A DNA stretch of 64,000 nucleotides from Oopsacas minuta. Lineage: Eukaryota > Animalia > Porifera. The notes under the pieces are model-generated. The model ran no database searches. It was not told where the DNA came from and saw only the letters and a program-made list of their open reading frames with translations. Made by a program: the position numbers and the translations under genes. Shown one piece after another: positions 53,102 to 64,000 of the stretch (positions are counted from its first letter, which is position 1; every line of letters starts with the position of its first letter). The DNA lies in the NCBI GenBank assembly GCA_024704765.1, contig JAKMXF010000155.1, forward strand, positions 640,912 through 704,911, given 5' to 3'.

Positions 53102-56100
53102 TGGGGCCGGATCGAGAAAAGTATAAATCGTCGGTTCAAATTCTACCCAAGGGAAAAGTTGCCTTTACTCTTTCCTATGAAAATGTGAGACTTAAATTTG
53201 AAAAATATTTCGATTTTGACCCTTGCGGTTTATATTATTGCTGTGCACTTTCGAAAATTGACTCTAAATTGTTGGAATTTTCAAGTACTTTGACTTAGCT
53301 TCTATAAATATATTATTTGGTACTAGTAAGTCACATATTTACTATCGAATGATATATTAAGCTAGTTTCTATTTCCAAGGATCAAGTTATGAATATATTT
53401 TTTCCATATTCTATTATCCCCTAATAATATTAGCCACCCCCTTTTTTCTGAAGATTTTGAAAATGTATTAGCTTTTTTTTTTTATCTAAAGTAGAATATA
53501 GTTCAATTTTGTTATATCAGGTATATTTAATGTGAATAATCTGTATTGAACTAAAATGCGGGCATTTTTTCTCTTGATATTTGGGTTGAAAGAATTAATC
53601 CATGTCTAGCCTCTTCTCCTGTTCCTGAACACGGACTTTTATTGGCTAATTGAATAGTTTTTTCAACAGCTTGTGTATAGCATGGACATGCTGCAATTTC
53701 TAGTGGCGTATGCACACTATAAATTAGTACTCCTTTTAAGATGTATTCTGTCAAGGGCGGTTCTGTGATAAAAGAAGCTACCCAATCAATCATATCCACA
53801 TATGTTTCAGCAGTGAATCTTATTAGGGGAAGTTTAAATGGGGGAAGTCAATCTGTCTTAATGATGAACTGTTAATTCGGATATCTAAAATAGTCTTCAC
53901 AGCCTTTTGTCTAATTTGTTCATCATTATCTGCAAGCATCGATAACAGGAGATTTTCTAGATGACAAAAATATGCGTTTCTCTGTATCACATCGCAAATT
54001 ACTTCTTGGTCAGACTCCGATAACTCTCACAGCAAAGATATCGCAAAAACTTATTTTAGGTCCATCTGTGCAAATCGGGTTACTCTTGATTCTAAACCAA
54101 ACTTGCGCATAATAATTGACAATACAATTGACAATTCGGATAATTCAGGTGTAGGATGCATCGTAGAATGTACGACCTAAGTAATCTGTTGGCCAGTGTT
54201 GTCCATTTGGCATGATGCATAGGACCAGGTTGCATCGATGGTAGTTCAGATGAGCAAATACCAGTCTGAACTGCATGACAGATATTATATAGATATTTCT
54301 GATCTTTATTTAAATTCTTGAAAATATCGCAATCAATAAGTTGAGTTTTACCGCATAAAGGATGATACGTTACAATTGGTGCAAGTAAAATCACAAATTA
54401 AGTTCTTTACCAATTACTCCTTTAAAAGAATTGGGTCCACTGGATTTTCCATCTATTGTTTGAAAGCGATGCCTCAATGCAAGTTCATTACAATGTAATT
54501 GGCAAATAAACCAGTGGAGTGGTTTGTGAACTCTAGTTCAAGTAATCTAATACACCCATTGTAGATTCTAGTGTTAACACGAGCTCCATCAGCTCCAACC
54601 GCCATTAAATTTGAATTACGCTCCCTGCAAAGATCAGTCAATTCTCTTGCTATATCTTTGGCTTTACCAGAACTTGCTGTTACATGGGCAACATACTGAT
54701 TCCCCGCTTCAGATAAGACAGTATAATGTTCTTCATTTGCAGTTTCCTGATACAAATGTCCATTTTTCTTTCTACTAGCACACCAGTTTGATCATTACGG
54801 CCATCAAAATATATTGCAGATATCTCATTGATAGTCTCGTGAGCCTCATTAGCCAATACCTTTCTCACAGAGAATCTAGATCTACGGAGTTTGTTTCTAT
54901 CAATAATTTGCCAACCTTCTTCCTGTGTGATAATACCGTAATCCTGCAGTACTGCGTTAGCTATAGCTGCGCCTGCCCGATCGCTAATTTGATATCTATC
55001 ACACATTATGGCTAAATTTCGTAATTGATTATGATTACGTGTATGCTTGTGATTATTAGATGTGCTTGAGTCAAAAGATTCAAACTCTTCAAAGACACAT
55101 TCTATAAATTCTTGCGTAGGTTGAACAGCGTATAACTCTTCATTTCCCTTTCTTCTCATTCATATTGTGCCTCTTTTCTTTTTTCGTTTAACAATATTTT
55201 TAGAGGTTGTCATGCAATCCAAGCTGTATATAAATAATTTATTGAGCGTTTCGCTGATCAAAGAGAAATGGCTACCCACGGCGTGGTATCTTTAATCGAG
55301 GGAGCAATAACATCTACATTCCTGAATTAGGCATTTGCAACTTGAGACATCGGATGAAACTTTGAATTCAGAAATAATAGGCTGTATACGGTCAGGATGT
55401 TGCTTGTTTTGGATACTTTTCCGTTTTATTTTGCTCTCTCAATATCATCGGAAATGGTGTACTATTTGATTTGAGTCTGATATTGTGGGTATGAATGGCA
55501 AATTATAGATATACACTAATACTTCAGTAAATTCTTATGCTATATATCTCCAGTATATTTAGAATCTTCATTTCTAAGCATTCTTTATTTATTGTATGAA
55601 TCTAGTTTTGTTGGAAGTTGATTTTCTGGAATGGATCCAAGATGACCAAAGACAGGGTGAAATACCTTACTACGCGCATATTCTGTCATATTTAAAAATT
55701 CATAAATTATTGGAATATAATCACTATATAAAATCAATGAATTGATTGAGTATATATTTAGAGACTAATTTTGACCATGAATTCCATGCTAGATAAATTG
55801 TAACTAAATTTATAGCAAGAGATAAGGAATGTTTTAAAATTCCTTTCTGATAATGTATTGCTGAATTTGGAACTAGTTACAGAATTATACTACGTTTGGT
55901 GGTTATATAGCTATTTTCAGTAAGAATTATGCATTTTCAAATATTCGGAAAAGACGGGGGGGTTAATATTATTAGGGTATGATAGAGTATGCGAAAACAA
56001 TATCTTGATAACTTGAGTATCCTTGGAAATGAAATTCGTTTAATACACCATTCGATTGCAAATATGCGACTTACTAGTACCAAATAATATATATACCGAA

Positions 56101-56301
56101 GCTAAGTCGAAGGAAATTGAAAATTCCGACAATTTATAGTCAATTTTGTGAAAGTGACACAGCAAAAATATATAATCGAAAGGGTCAAATCGAAATATTT
56201 TTCAAATTTAAGTCTCGCATTTTCCTAGAAAAGAGTAAAGGCAACTTTTCCCTTAGGTAGAAGTTGAACCAACGATTTATACTTATTCTCGATCCGGCCT
56301 A
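53102..56301 (-). mobile_element. hATm-like element, copy 2 (3200 bp), inverted relative to copy 1
   Basis: ~360-bp imperfect TIRs (53102-~53460 and ~55930-56301); flanks ctacttat/ctacttgt (7/8). ORFs 54474-54755 and 54788-55015 are identical to copy 1 ORFs in the supplied track. Confidence 0.88.
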
Positions 56302-59034
56302 CTACTTGTATACATTCTATAATCCATCTATTAGGGAACTTGACTTGATACCATATTTCAATGTTAGAAATAACATAATATTATTGAACGTTGAATGTTA
56401 AAAATATTCAAATCACCGAAATAACGTCATATTCCCGACAGTGGTAACACTACGGGAATTTTGTAATATTATTTTTGAAATTTAAGGTGTTGATATTCTA
56501 TATAGACCACCTAAACAAGCCTAGTTGTAATGGTTACCCGAATACGCCATTGTGACGAATTTGGCTCACTGAAATTTACTGCATTTTGTTTGTATAATGG
56601 CCAACTTAATATACGAATAAATATGTCCCTAGAAGGCTTGGAAGCAAGAATACCAGCTGAAAATGTATTATTATCAACATATCTTGATAAATATATATGA
56701 TAGAGCTTTAGTATGCATTAATTTATATAGGAATATTGTATCAAAGAATGCATTTAAGTTGCCTAAAATATGGTATATCACCATGCGGTTTCGAAAAATC
56801 TATTTTCACCATGTTTTCAGTGTTTTTAACGCTTGACGGTGTATCTAGTGACAAAAGCGAATAAGTAATTTGTATATAAGGGTTGACATGAATGGAATGT
56901 GAACACATTCCTATCTCCCAAGCAAATGTGTTTCTGTTTGTTGAGGCTATAACCAAAAAACTATGAGTCTCATGAATTTATCTCAGTAGTTACTTCATAG
57001 CCAAATTCCTGTCCACTAATATTATTGGTGTTCTATGAGATCTGAATATGTATACTTAGATAGTGACTAGTTAATTATTCGATACCGTATATCAACAAAT
57101 ATGTTGTCATTAAATGAAATCTGACTATATTTGTAAAAGAATTTATGAATTACAATTTGTCCCTTATTCTTAAGCATTTGAACATTATCTCCTTGTTAGT
57201 GTGTTTATAAATTTTCTGATAGATCTAAACCCTCTTCATCTTCCGTGAAAAATTTAATCAATCAGACTACAATTGGCTGACCCACTTGAGTATGGAATTT
57301 GTCCCTCCATGATGTACCGGACCCTCAAAAATTTCAAAACGACCCAAAGGTAGCTGACTGGTGCATCAGAGAGTAGAGATATCAAAGTGTTCTAAACGTT
57401 GAATGTAGCAAAGATATGTGTATCCGACTTTTATTTGCCGATTATTCGATTTCGGTCCGACCTTCCTTTCAATCGTTCTACAAAATTCTAACACCTCGAA
57501 ATTCTGAGTTTCTGACATGATGGAATTAAGAAAACTTTGAAGATTTAAATTTTTGTGCATAGAATTTTATGGAGGTAAGTTCTAACTCAAAAATTGGGAA
57601 CTAACAGCAATTATAAGCATTTCTTCGCTACTTATTCAAGTTTAGAACACATTGATTTCTCTATACTGTTTGATGCCTCGTTCGCTACATTTGGTCGTTT
57701 GAAAATTTTGGAAGCAATCTATATCATGTACGGATCAAATTCGAAACTCAACTGGTTCTTAATTGGTAACCGATTGCTTTAAAATTTTCACAGAGGTTGT
57801 ACGCGGTTGTTATATCTCTCATATACGGCATTAATCTTAACTTTTTGTCCAGCACCCTGGACCCTTCTAAATTCTAACAGTATTTTCCATTTATAACCAT
57901 TACTTAATTTGTCTGTGCCACATGTACTTGGCACAAATTTAATAATGGCCACAACTCAAGTGAAAGATGTACAAATGTTTAGATGAAATGGGCAGTGCTG
58001 GTTTTTGTCAACGGCGATTTAATTCTGTTAGTGATTGGAATATTTTAAATTCGGCTAACCGGGATGTACTTTATGTCGATTGTATTTACTGAACACATGG
58101 TTTCATCCATTACTAAGTACTGATATACCGAATATTACTGTTTTCTTAATCTTATATCAACTTGACATGAATATTTTTGCCAATTCCTATTTCATAGCTC
58201 TAACTTTTATTAGATTACCCTGTCATTTTGCTATGTCCTTAATAGTAGTTGCAATTTACTATTTAACTCGGTATTATAGGCCTATGCTTTTACATCATGT
58301 CACAATTGGCCGGTTAGCCTCTAAGACATTCTAAACTTTACAGTACACTAAAGTGGTTTACCAACCCCAGCCCAGAAATGGGATTTAGTCAGGAGCTGAA
58401 CTTTCTAACAACTTGTATATTCCTATGGTCTCACAGATTTTGTATTAGCTCTATGTGGCTCTGAACATGCGACGGTTGAGCTCGAGCCACCTCTTACCCT
58501 TCAGGTTAGGCGGCTATTGATCTAGTGTAATTCATATGTAGAGATTCCAAATTTATGTCAAAATTCACCGAATACAATGTACTTGTTTATATTCCCTGCC
58601 CTACCAATGTTTACTTTATTCATTGTTAAATTTATTAAATGTATATTTCATAGAAATTCACAATTCGTTTATTTCCCCACAATCTGACACGACAAACATC
58701 TAATATTTTCATATTTGAATTCCAATATTATGTTCTAACTTAACAATATGTGTTTTTGGACACTAAAAGGAACATAGATTTCCAATTTTTCGCAATTGGA
58801 TCATTCAATGAATTAAATAATTTCTATAAATGAAAATTCCTTACTATATAAAATATATATTGCGTAAGGAAATATTCATTTTCAGTAGCCCTGAGTGTCT
58901 GGATAATTGGTGCCATCGATTCTTTATTTTAGTACTACTATTATTGTGGGAAACTCCCTGTTTGTCAGGTTTCAATCCAACTGACATTTGGACTGCTAAT
59001 ATTTTGTGTTATATATTTGAAAATTCTTTTTTAG

Positions 59035-59670
59035 GTTAGCAAGTTGATAATATCAGGTGATATTTATTGTCCCCCTGAAGCTGCCCTATTACTCTCATCT
59101 TATACTGTTCAATCAAAGTTTGGTGATTATGACTCTGAAGTCTACAAGCCTGGGTTTTTGAGGAATGAAAACCTTATTCCTAACAGCGTAATGAAACAAT
59201 TCCTTATGTCTCAAGATATGTGGGAAGATCGTATAGTTGCATGGTATTCAAAAAGACAGGGGTTACTAAGGGATGAAGCTGAGATAGAATATCTTAAGAT
59301 TGCGCAGGATTTAGATATGTATGGTGTTTCATACTTTGAAATTAAAAACAAAAGAGGTACTCATCTATGGTTGGGGGTGGATTCACTTGGACTTTGTATA
59401 TATGAATATTTTGATAAGATGACTCCAAAGATTGCATTCCCCTGGAGTGAGATACGTAATATTTCATTTAATGATAAGAAATTTGTTATCAAACCAATTG
59501 ATAAAAAATCTCCTGATTTTGTTTTTTTTGCTGCTCGTGTCAGAATTAATCGCCAGATTCTGCAATTGTGCATTGGCAATCATGAACTTTTTCTTAGGAA
59601 ACGGGATGTAGACTCTCTGGAGTTGCAGCAAATTAAAATACAAGCCAAAGAAGACCGTTTTACTAAGCAG
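59035..59670 (+). CDS. NF2: Merlin/ERM-family FERM protein, coding exon B (F2-F3 lobes, 212 aa)
   Basis: [71 protein letters not shown] and [13 protein letters not shown]; donor CAG|GTAATT at 59670/59671. The helical and C-terminal exons are not in the window. Confidence 0.93.
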
Positions 59671-60209
59671 GTAATTATTATGCATTATGGTATTGTATTG
59701 TATGATGTACTATGCTTGTATTATTATTATTAAAAATATAGATTTGGGATACTGTCAACTTTATGTGCAAGTTTCCCATATTCCTGGTCATTGTATACAT
59801 CAAAATCTGGCAAATATCCGCCTTTTTGATGTATAGTTTTATAAAATCTGAACCTTTGTTGACAATTGCAATATCAGGTTCCTGTTAACTACTAGATTTG
59901 ACACCATTATCTTTGTAGTGTAAATATTTAGTGGTAGGATATCGCAATGTCTATTATAATCATTTCGTCACTCGAGCTGTAAAACTATCTTTGGACTTGA
60001 ATAGTCCACACTCCTTGTGTGAAATGTTTGAATTTCTTATTCTATATTAATACTCGATGCATTTCCTAATTTATAGTTAATTGAGCGACTAGTAAGAGCT
60101 AGAGATTTGAATTTTGGCTGTGGAATGTGATAGATCTAGAAACTATTTCTCAAAACCTTCTTAGATTGATGTCCACATTTATTAACCTATTAGATGATTT
60201 GCCTTTACA

Positions 60210-60428
60210 CAGGCTGATTAGGATGCAAAAGATTGCTCAATAGATTCTATTTCACAATATCATTAGTGCTAGCAATTTTCAATAAAATAAGAGGTAATAT
60301 AGAAGTCGTGCAATTTAATTCTCGTTATCTACAAAAACTGCCAGGACGTCTACAAATGCACCAACCCCACACCAAGCCAAACGAACCAAGCCATTATAGG
60401 GGTGGCTGTAGGTCTGTCTACGCCCCTG
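60210..60428. mobile_element. hAT-type MITE (219 bp), degenerate left end
   Basis: Right end ctacgcccctg; 8-bp flanks cctttaca/ccttcaca (7/8). Confidence 0.5.
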
Positions 60429-61869
60429 CCTTCACAGGAATTTCGTTGTGCCCCACCATAAATGCCCTGCCCAAAAAAATTCGACGCAACACTCGCATAC
60501 ACCCCAAGTGACTATCTAACAAATCATCATTTCTATCAGTTTTCTGCTATCATTGTATTTTTCATTGTTTGCTAGCATTATCTAGCCTACATATATCCTA
60601 ACAATAACTTGTGGATGTTCGACTAGAGTTCTGTTAGCCGATTTAACAAAAGATTTCCTCATTGCCGTAACTGAAGTCCGACAAAACGTTCCACGACATT
60701 TCGTTCCACTTTTGATCGGTCAATTTTTGTTAATAATTTAACAGGTTTTAAATCGCTAAATAATTGAACTAATTTCTTGTCTGAATACGTTTGGTTCATT
60801 CTAACTTAAATAAAATTGGTTTACCAATTACTTTGCATAATTTGCTAAATAGATTAACTAAGTACTTTGAATAGACTCATTAGATTGTGGTCGAAAATAT
60901 ACATAGTTTAATTTTAGAGGATGACATAAAATTTTGTAGTAGTTATTACAAACTGGTATAGCTTCAAGGGCAGTTGACTAGATCTTATTGCAGTTGTTTC
61001 AATCAATTTTAGCGTCCTGGCGGATTCAATGGGTCCCAAAACCTGTTTTCGGAGCCCGCTTCTTTGAGCTTCTTTGTCCCGGGTGAATTCCAAATTTCCA
61101 ATAGGCATTAACATTAATTTATTTCAGAATTACAGACACCCCATATTTCCGACTTCCAGCCATTTATTAGTACCAAATTATATAGATAACCCCGAAATTA
61201 CGGCCATTTACCTGAATCCAAGGGTGACCGTAATTCAGATGTTCCACTGTATGTGTGTGTGTGTTCACTTGAAATTACTTCCTTGTTCACACCTTTGGAC
61301 TTTGGAGGGGTTAAGACCAGATTTGCCATGTATACTCGCAATGAGATCTAGATGTGCACGGTCATCGAAGTGCTGTGCAGCACGCCCTGTGATGGTTTTG
61401 CCCCTTTGACTAAAAGCATTGTTTATTGATTATATATGTATACCGCCCACCGGAACCACATACGATGCAACAAAGCTGCGTATTGTAATGTTTGCTTTAT
61501 TTATGTTCGCAATATTTATATAACCGAGCGAGTTTCGCTTGCTGTTTACGATCACGCTATTAGGGGAAACTAGGCCTGATTAAGCCAATGTACAGATGGG
61601 CAATTAGAAATGTTTGAAGTTTATATTTCATTGCTTTTGTCGAGATTACTGAGCCAAAGCTCTTTATAAATCCTAGTTTCCCGGTTTAAATATGACTACT
61701 TGTATTATTAATAAGTAACATGCAGGAATTGTAATTAATTTATTAAACACTTATCTAATAACAATAGGAAACTAAACAAAACAAATAGAAGCTAAAAACT
61801 AAACTATGTTCTACTTGGGTGCAGCTACCACATCTCGACCACTGTCCACTTCAATTGGTGGCTGCACCG

Positions 61870-63516
61870 TTAGGAATTTCGTGAAATCCGGAGAGAGGTA
61901 GGAGAGAGGAGATTTGACACATTAGCATGGAGAGAGAGGGAAAGAGAAAGCAAGGGTTCATACGAAAGGAATGGAGATAGTGAAGCGTATGAATGAGCAT
62001 CTGCATGTACCTGATGTGCAGGCTACGGCCTGCTGTGGGATAAAGGTCGGCATCAAGAGGGAAACACGGGACACACACGATAGCTCACAGTGCATAATCG
62101 GTGAGGGTATGCTAACAGCATCAGAGGGTACTGCTGCTAAACTACGTAAACTGGACAGCCTGTAGTGGACGATACAGCGTCAGCGTGCATGTGTATTATC
62201 AGCTCCAGTGCAACCTACCGCCCTAGCAGAGTTGTTTCTACCTGCAGAATACCAGCGGACAGCCAAGGAGGAACAGTTCCTACTCTATAACTCTGGGGAA
62301 GACGATGCACATAGATTCCTCATCTTCGGGACACAACGCACCCTCGGGATGCTACAGCAAAGCAAGATCTGGTTAGCTGATGGCACCTTCAAGACGGCGC
62401 CCCCCTCTTCACCCAAGTGTATGTGGTGCATGGACTCCGAGGAGGGGACGATCCTATAAAGACTGGTAATCTGTTCCCGAGTCTGTTCGTGCTACTGCCC
62501 AACAAGACAGAGGATACCTATCGTAGGATGTGGGAGCAGATCCGCATACTCTGTCCTCTTGCCCAGCCTGAACGGATGCTACTGGACTTTGAGAAGGGCG
62601 CAATTAACAGCTTTGAGCATGTGTGTAGTCAGACTGCACATGGCGCCAGATATTCTATGTGAGGTGGAAGAAGCAGCACTTCACCACTGTGTTAGGCCAC
62701 ACATGCTCAAAGCTGTTAATTGCGCCCTTCTCAAAGTCCAGTAGCATCCGTTCAGGCTGGGCAAGAGGACAGAGTATGCGGATCTGCTCCCACATCCTAC
62801 GATAGGTATCCTCTGTCTTGTTGGGCAGTAGCACGAACAGACTCGGGAACAGATTACCAGTCTTTATAGGATCGTCCCCTCCTCGGAGTCCATGCACCAC
62901 ATACACTTGGGTGAAGAGGGGGGCGCCGTCTTGAAGGTGCCATCAGCTAACCAGATCTTGCTTTGCTGTAGCATCCCGAGGGTGCGTTGTGTCCCGAAGA
63001 TGAGGAATCTATGTGCATCGTCTTCCCCAGAGTTATAGAGTAGGAACTGTTCCTCCTTGGCTGTCCGCTGGTATTCTGCAGGTAGAAACAACTCTGCTAG
63101 GGCGGTAGGTTGCACTGGAGCTGATAATACACATGCACGCTGACGCTGTATCGTCCACTACAGGCTGTCCAGTTTACGTAGTTTAGCAGCAGTACCCTCT
63201 GATGCTGTTAGCATACCCTCACCGATTATGCACTGTGAGCTATCGTGTGTGTCCCGTGTTTCCCTCTTGATGCCGACCTTTATCCCACAGCAGGCCGTAG
63301 CCTGCACATCAGGTACATGCAGATGCTCATTCATACGCTTCACTATCTCCATTCCTTTCGTATGAACCCTTGCTTTACACTTTCCTCTCTTCTCACACTG
63401 CCAATGTGTCATTTCTCCAACTCTCCTGTGCATCAAGTATACCATCCTCCTTCTAATAGCTTTTCTGCTCCTTTGTTTGTACTGATCAGCTGGAAGGAGG
63501 GTTGATCAGGGTCCAT
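61870..63516 (-). pseudogene. Rearranged MULE transposase (FLYWCH + MULE domain)
   Basis: ATG at 63516. THWQCEKRGKCKARVHT (FLYWCH), WLADGTFKTAPP, LLDFEKGAINSF and CFFHLT*NIWRHVQS ending at 62626. A possible C-terminal remnant (LRISRNS*) lies at 61870-61946. Confidence 0.85.
61947..63376. repeat. Long palindrome: two 679-bp arms and a 72-bp spacer
   Basis: 61947-62625 is the reverse complement of 62698-63376. Mirrored identical ORFs appear in the track (62208-62459/62864-63115; 62417/62906 starts). No mismatch seen by eye. Confidence 0.95.
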
Positions 63517-64000
63517 TAGTAAAATGACGAGTTGTTGAAATATGAAATGTAGGAAATAACATTTAGTTGATAATGCAAGCTATAAAAATAATACTGTTAC
63601 AACATTTATATAGAACTACAGGTGACTTTCCATGTTTACTGGCAAACATACAAATTAATTTCGCATCTTCTTCATCAATGGAATTAATTACTACGTATGC
63701 ATTTCTAATATAAATTCGTTACCATTACTATGAATCATCTTGCCTCACCTTGCTAACACAGAACTTCTATGTTTGGGTTTACGATATCAATACTGTAGCA
63801 ATAGATTCTTCAGAAATCATTCATCCCTAATTGATTGATTATATTTGCAATATTACAGAGGCATTCAATAAATACTAATCATACCATCTAAAACTATAGA
63901 TACCTGTGTAAAGTTGGTAATTTTTGCTATGAATGTTCAAAGTAGTCTCCTTTATACGCTACAACTGAATTTAGCCTTTTAATCCAATTTTCAAATGTCT

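Larger units (their letters stand above)
35157..59034 (+). other. 23,878-bp GT-AG intron filled with transposons
   Basis: Splicing joins ...HYFYLE to [17 protein letters not shown], restoring a continuous FERM domain at the position of the LQ|VK junction in vertebrate NF2/ERM genes. Acceptor ttcttttttag at 59034. Confidence 0.88.

Noticed and set aside
28791-53102. Inversion by crossover between the inverted hATm-like copies
   Set aside because: Copy 2 retains matching flanks, and merlin exons A and B are co-oriented and splice in frame.
59671-59733. Tail and stop of ORF 59044-59733 (a FERM-only protein)
   Set aside because: Lies after a strong donor (CAG|GTAATT) at a junction conserved in NF2. 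The TTG start at 59044 is likewise internal to the exon.
61560-61690. Short inverted pair ggggaaactagg/cctagtttccc, and a 13-bp hairpin at 61819-61870
   Set aside because: Too short, with no convincing TSD; could not be established as the MULE terminus.
3061-63505. Many 60-130-aa ORFs antisense or out of frame to transposases (e.g. 3061-3261, 9197-9516, 21648-21875, 63245-63505)
   Set aside because: Shadow ORFs without recognisable motifs.
1-64000. tRNA, rRNA or other structured ncRNA genes
   Set aside because: None recognised by eye; a covariance-model scan (tRNAscan-SE, Infernal/Rfam) would be needed to exclude them.

Overview
AT-rich animal genomic DNA, with no prokaryotic features, consisting mostly of DNA transposons around one host gene. 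The gene encodes a merlin (NF2)/ERM-family FERM protein on the + strand. Coding exon A is 34842-35156, followed by a 23,878-bp intron, coding exon B at 59035-59670, and a further intron that runs out of the window. Cut-and-paste elements present: mariner, DD37D maT (one apparently intact), DD34E Tc1, DD37E, several hAT lineages (Ac-like, Tip100-like, Buster, hATm-like x2, hATx-like), IS1595/Merlin-superfamily elements with very long TIRs, an internally deleted P element, a MULE and several MITEs. A decayed tyrosine-recombinase gene is also present. Many elements are nested, and their target-site duplications (TSDs) can be read directly. Three observations stand out. (1) A 1.43-kb palindrome (two 679-bp arms) built from MULE transposase sequence sits in the presumed host intron and resembles the maize Mu killer hairpin silencer. 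(2) Two otherwise diverged, inverted hATm-like copies ~32 kb apart share a 944-bp identical tract. (3) A 5.2-kb Merlin-superfamily transposon has ~592-bp TIRs and a perfect 8-bp TSD. All alignments, counts and translations were done by eye; family assignments rest on remembered motifs, not database searches.
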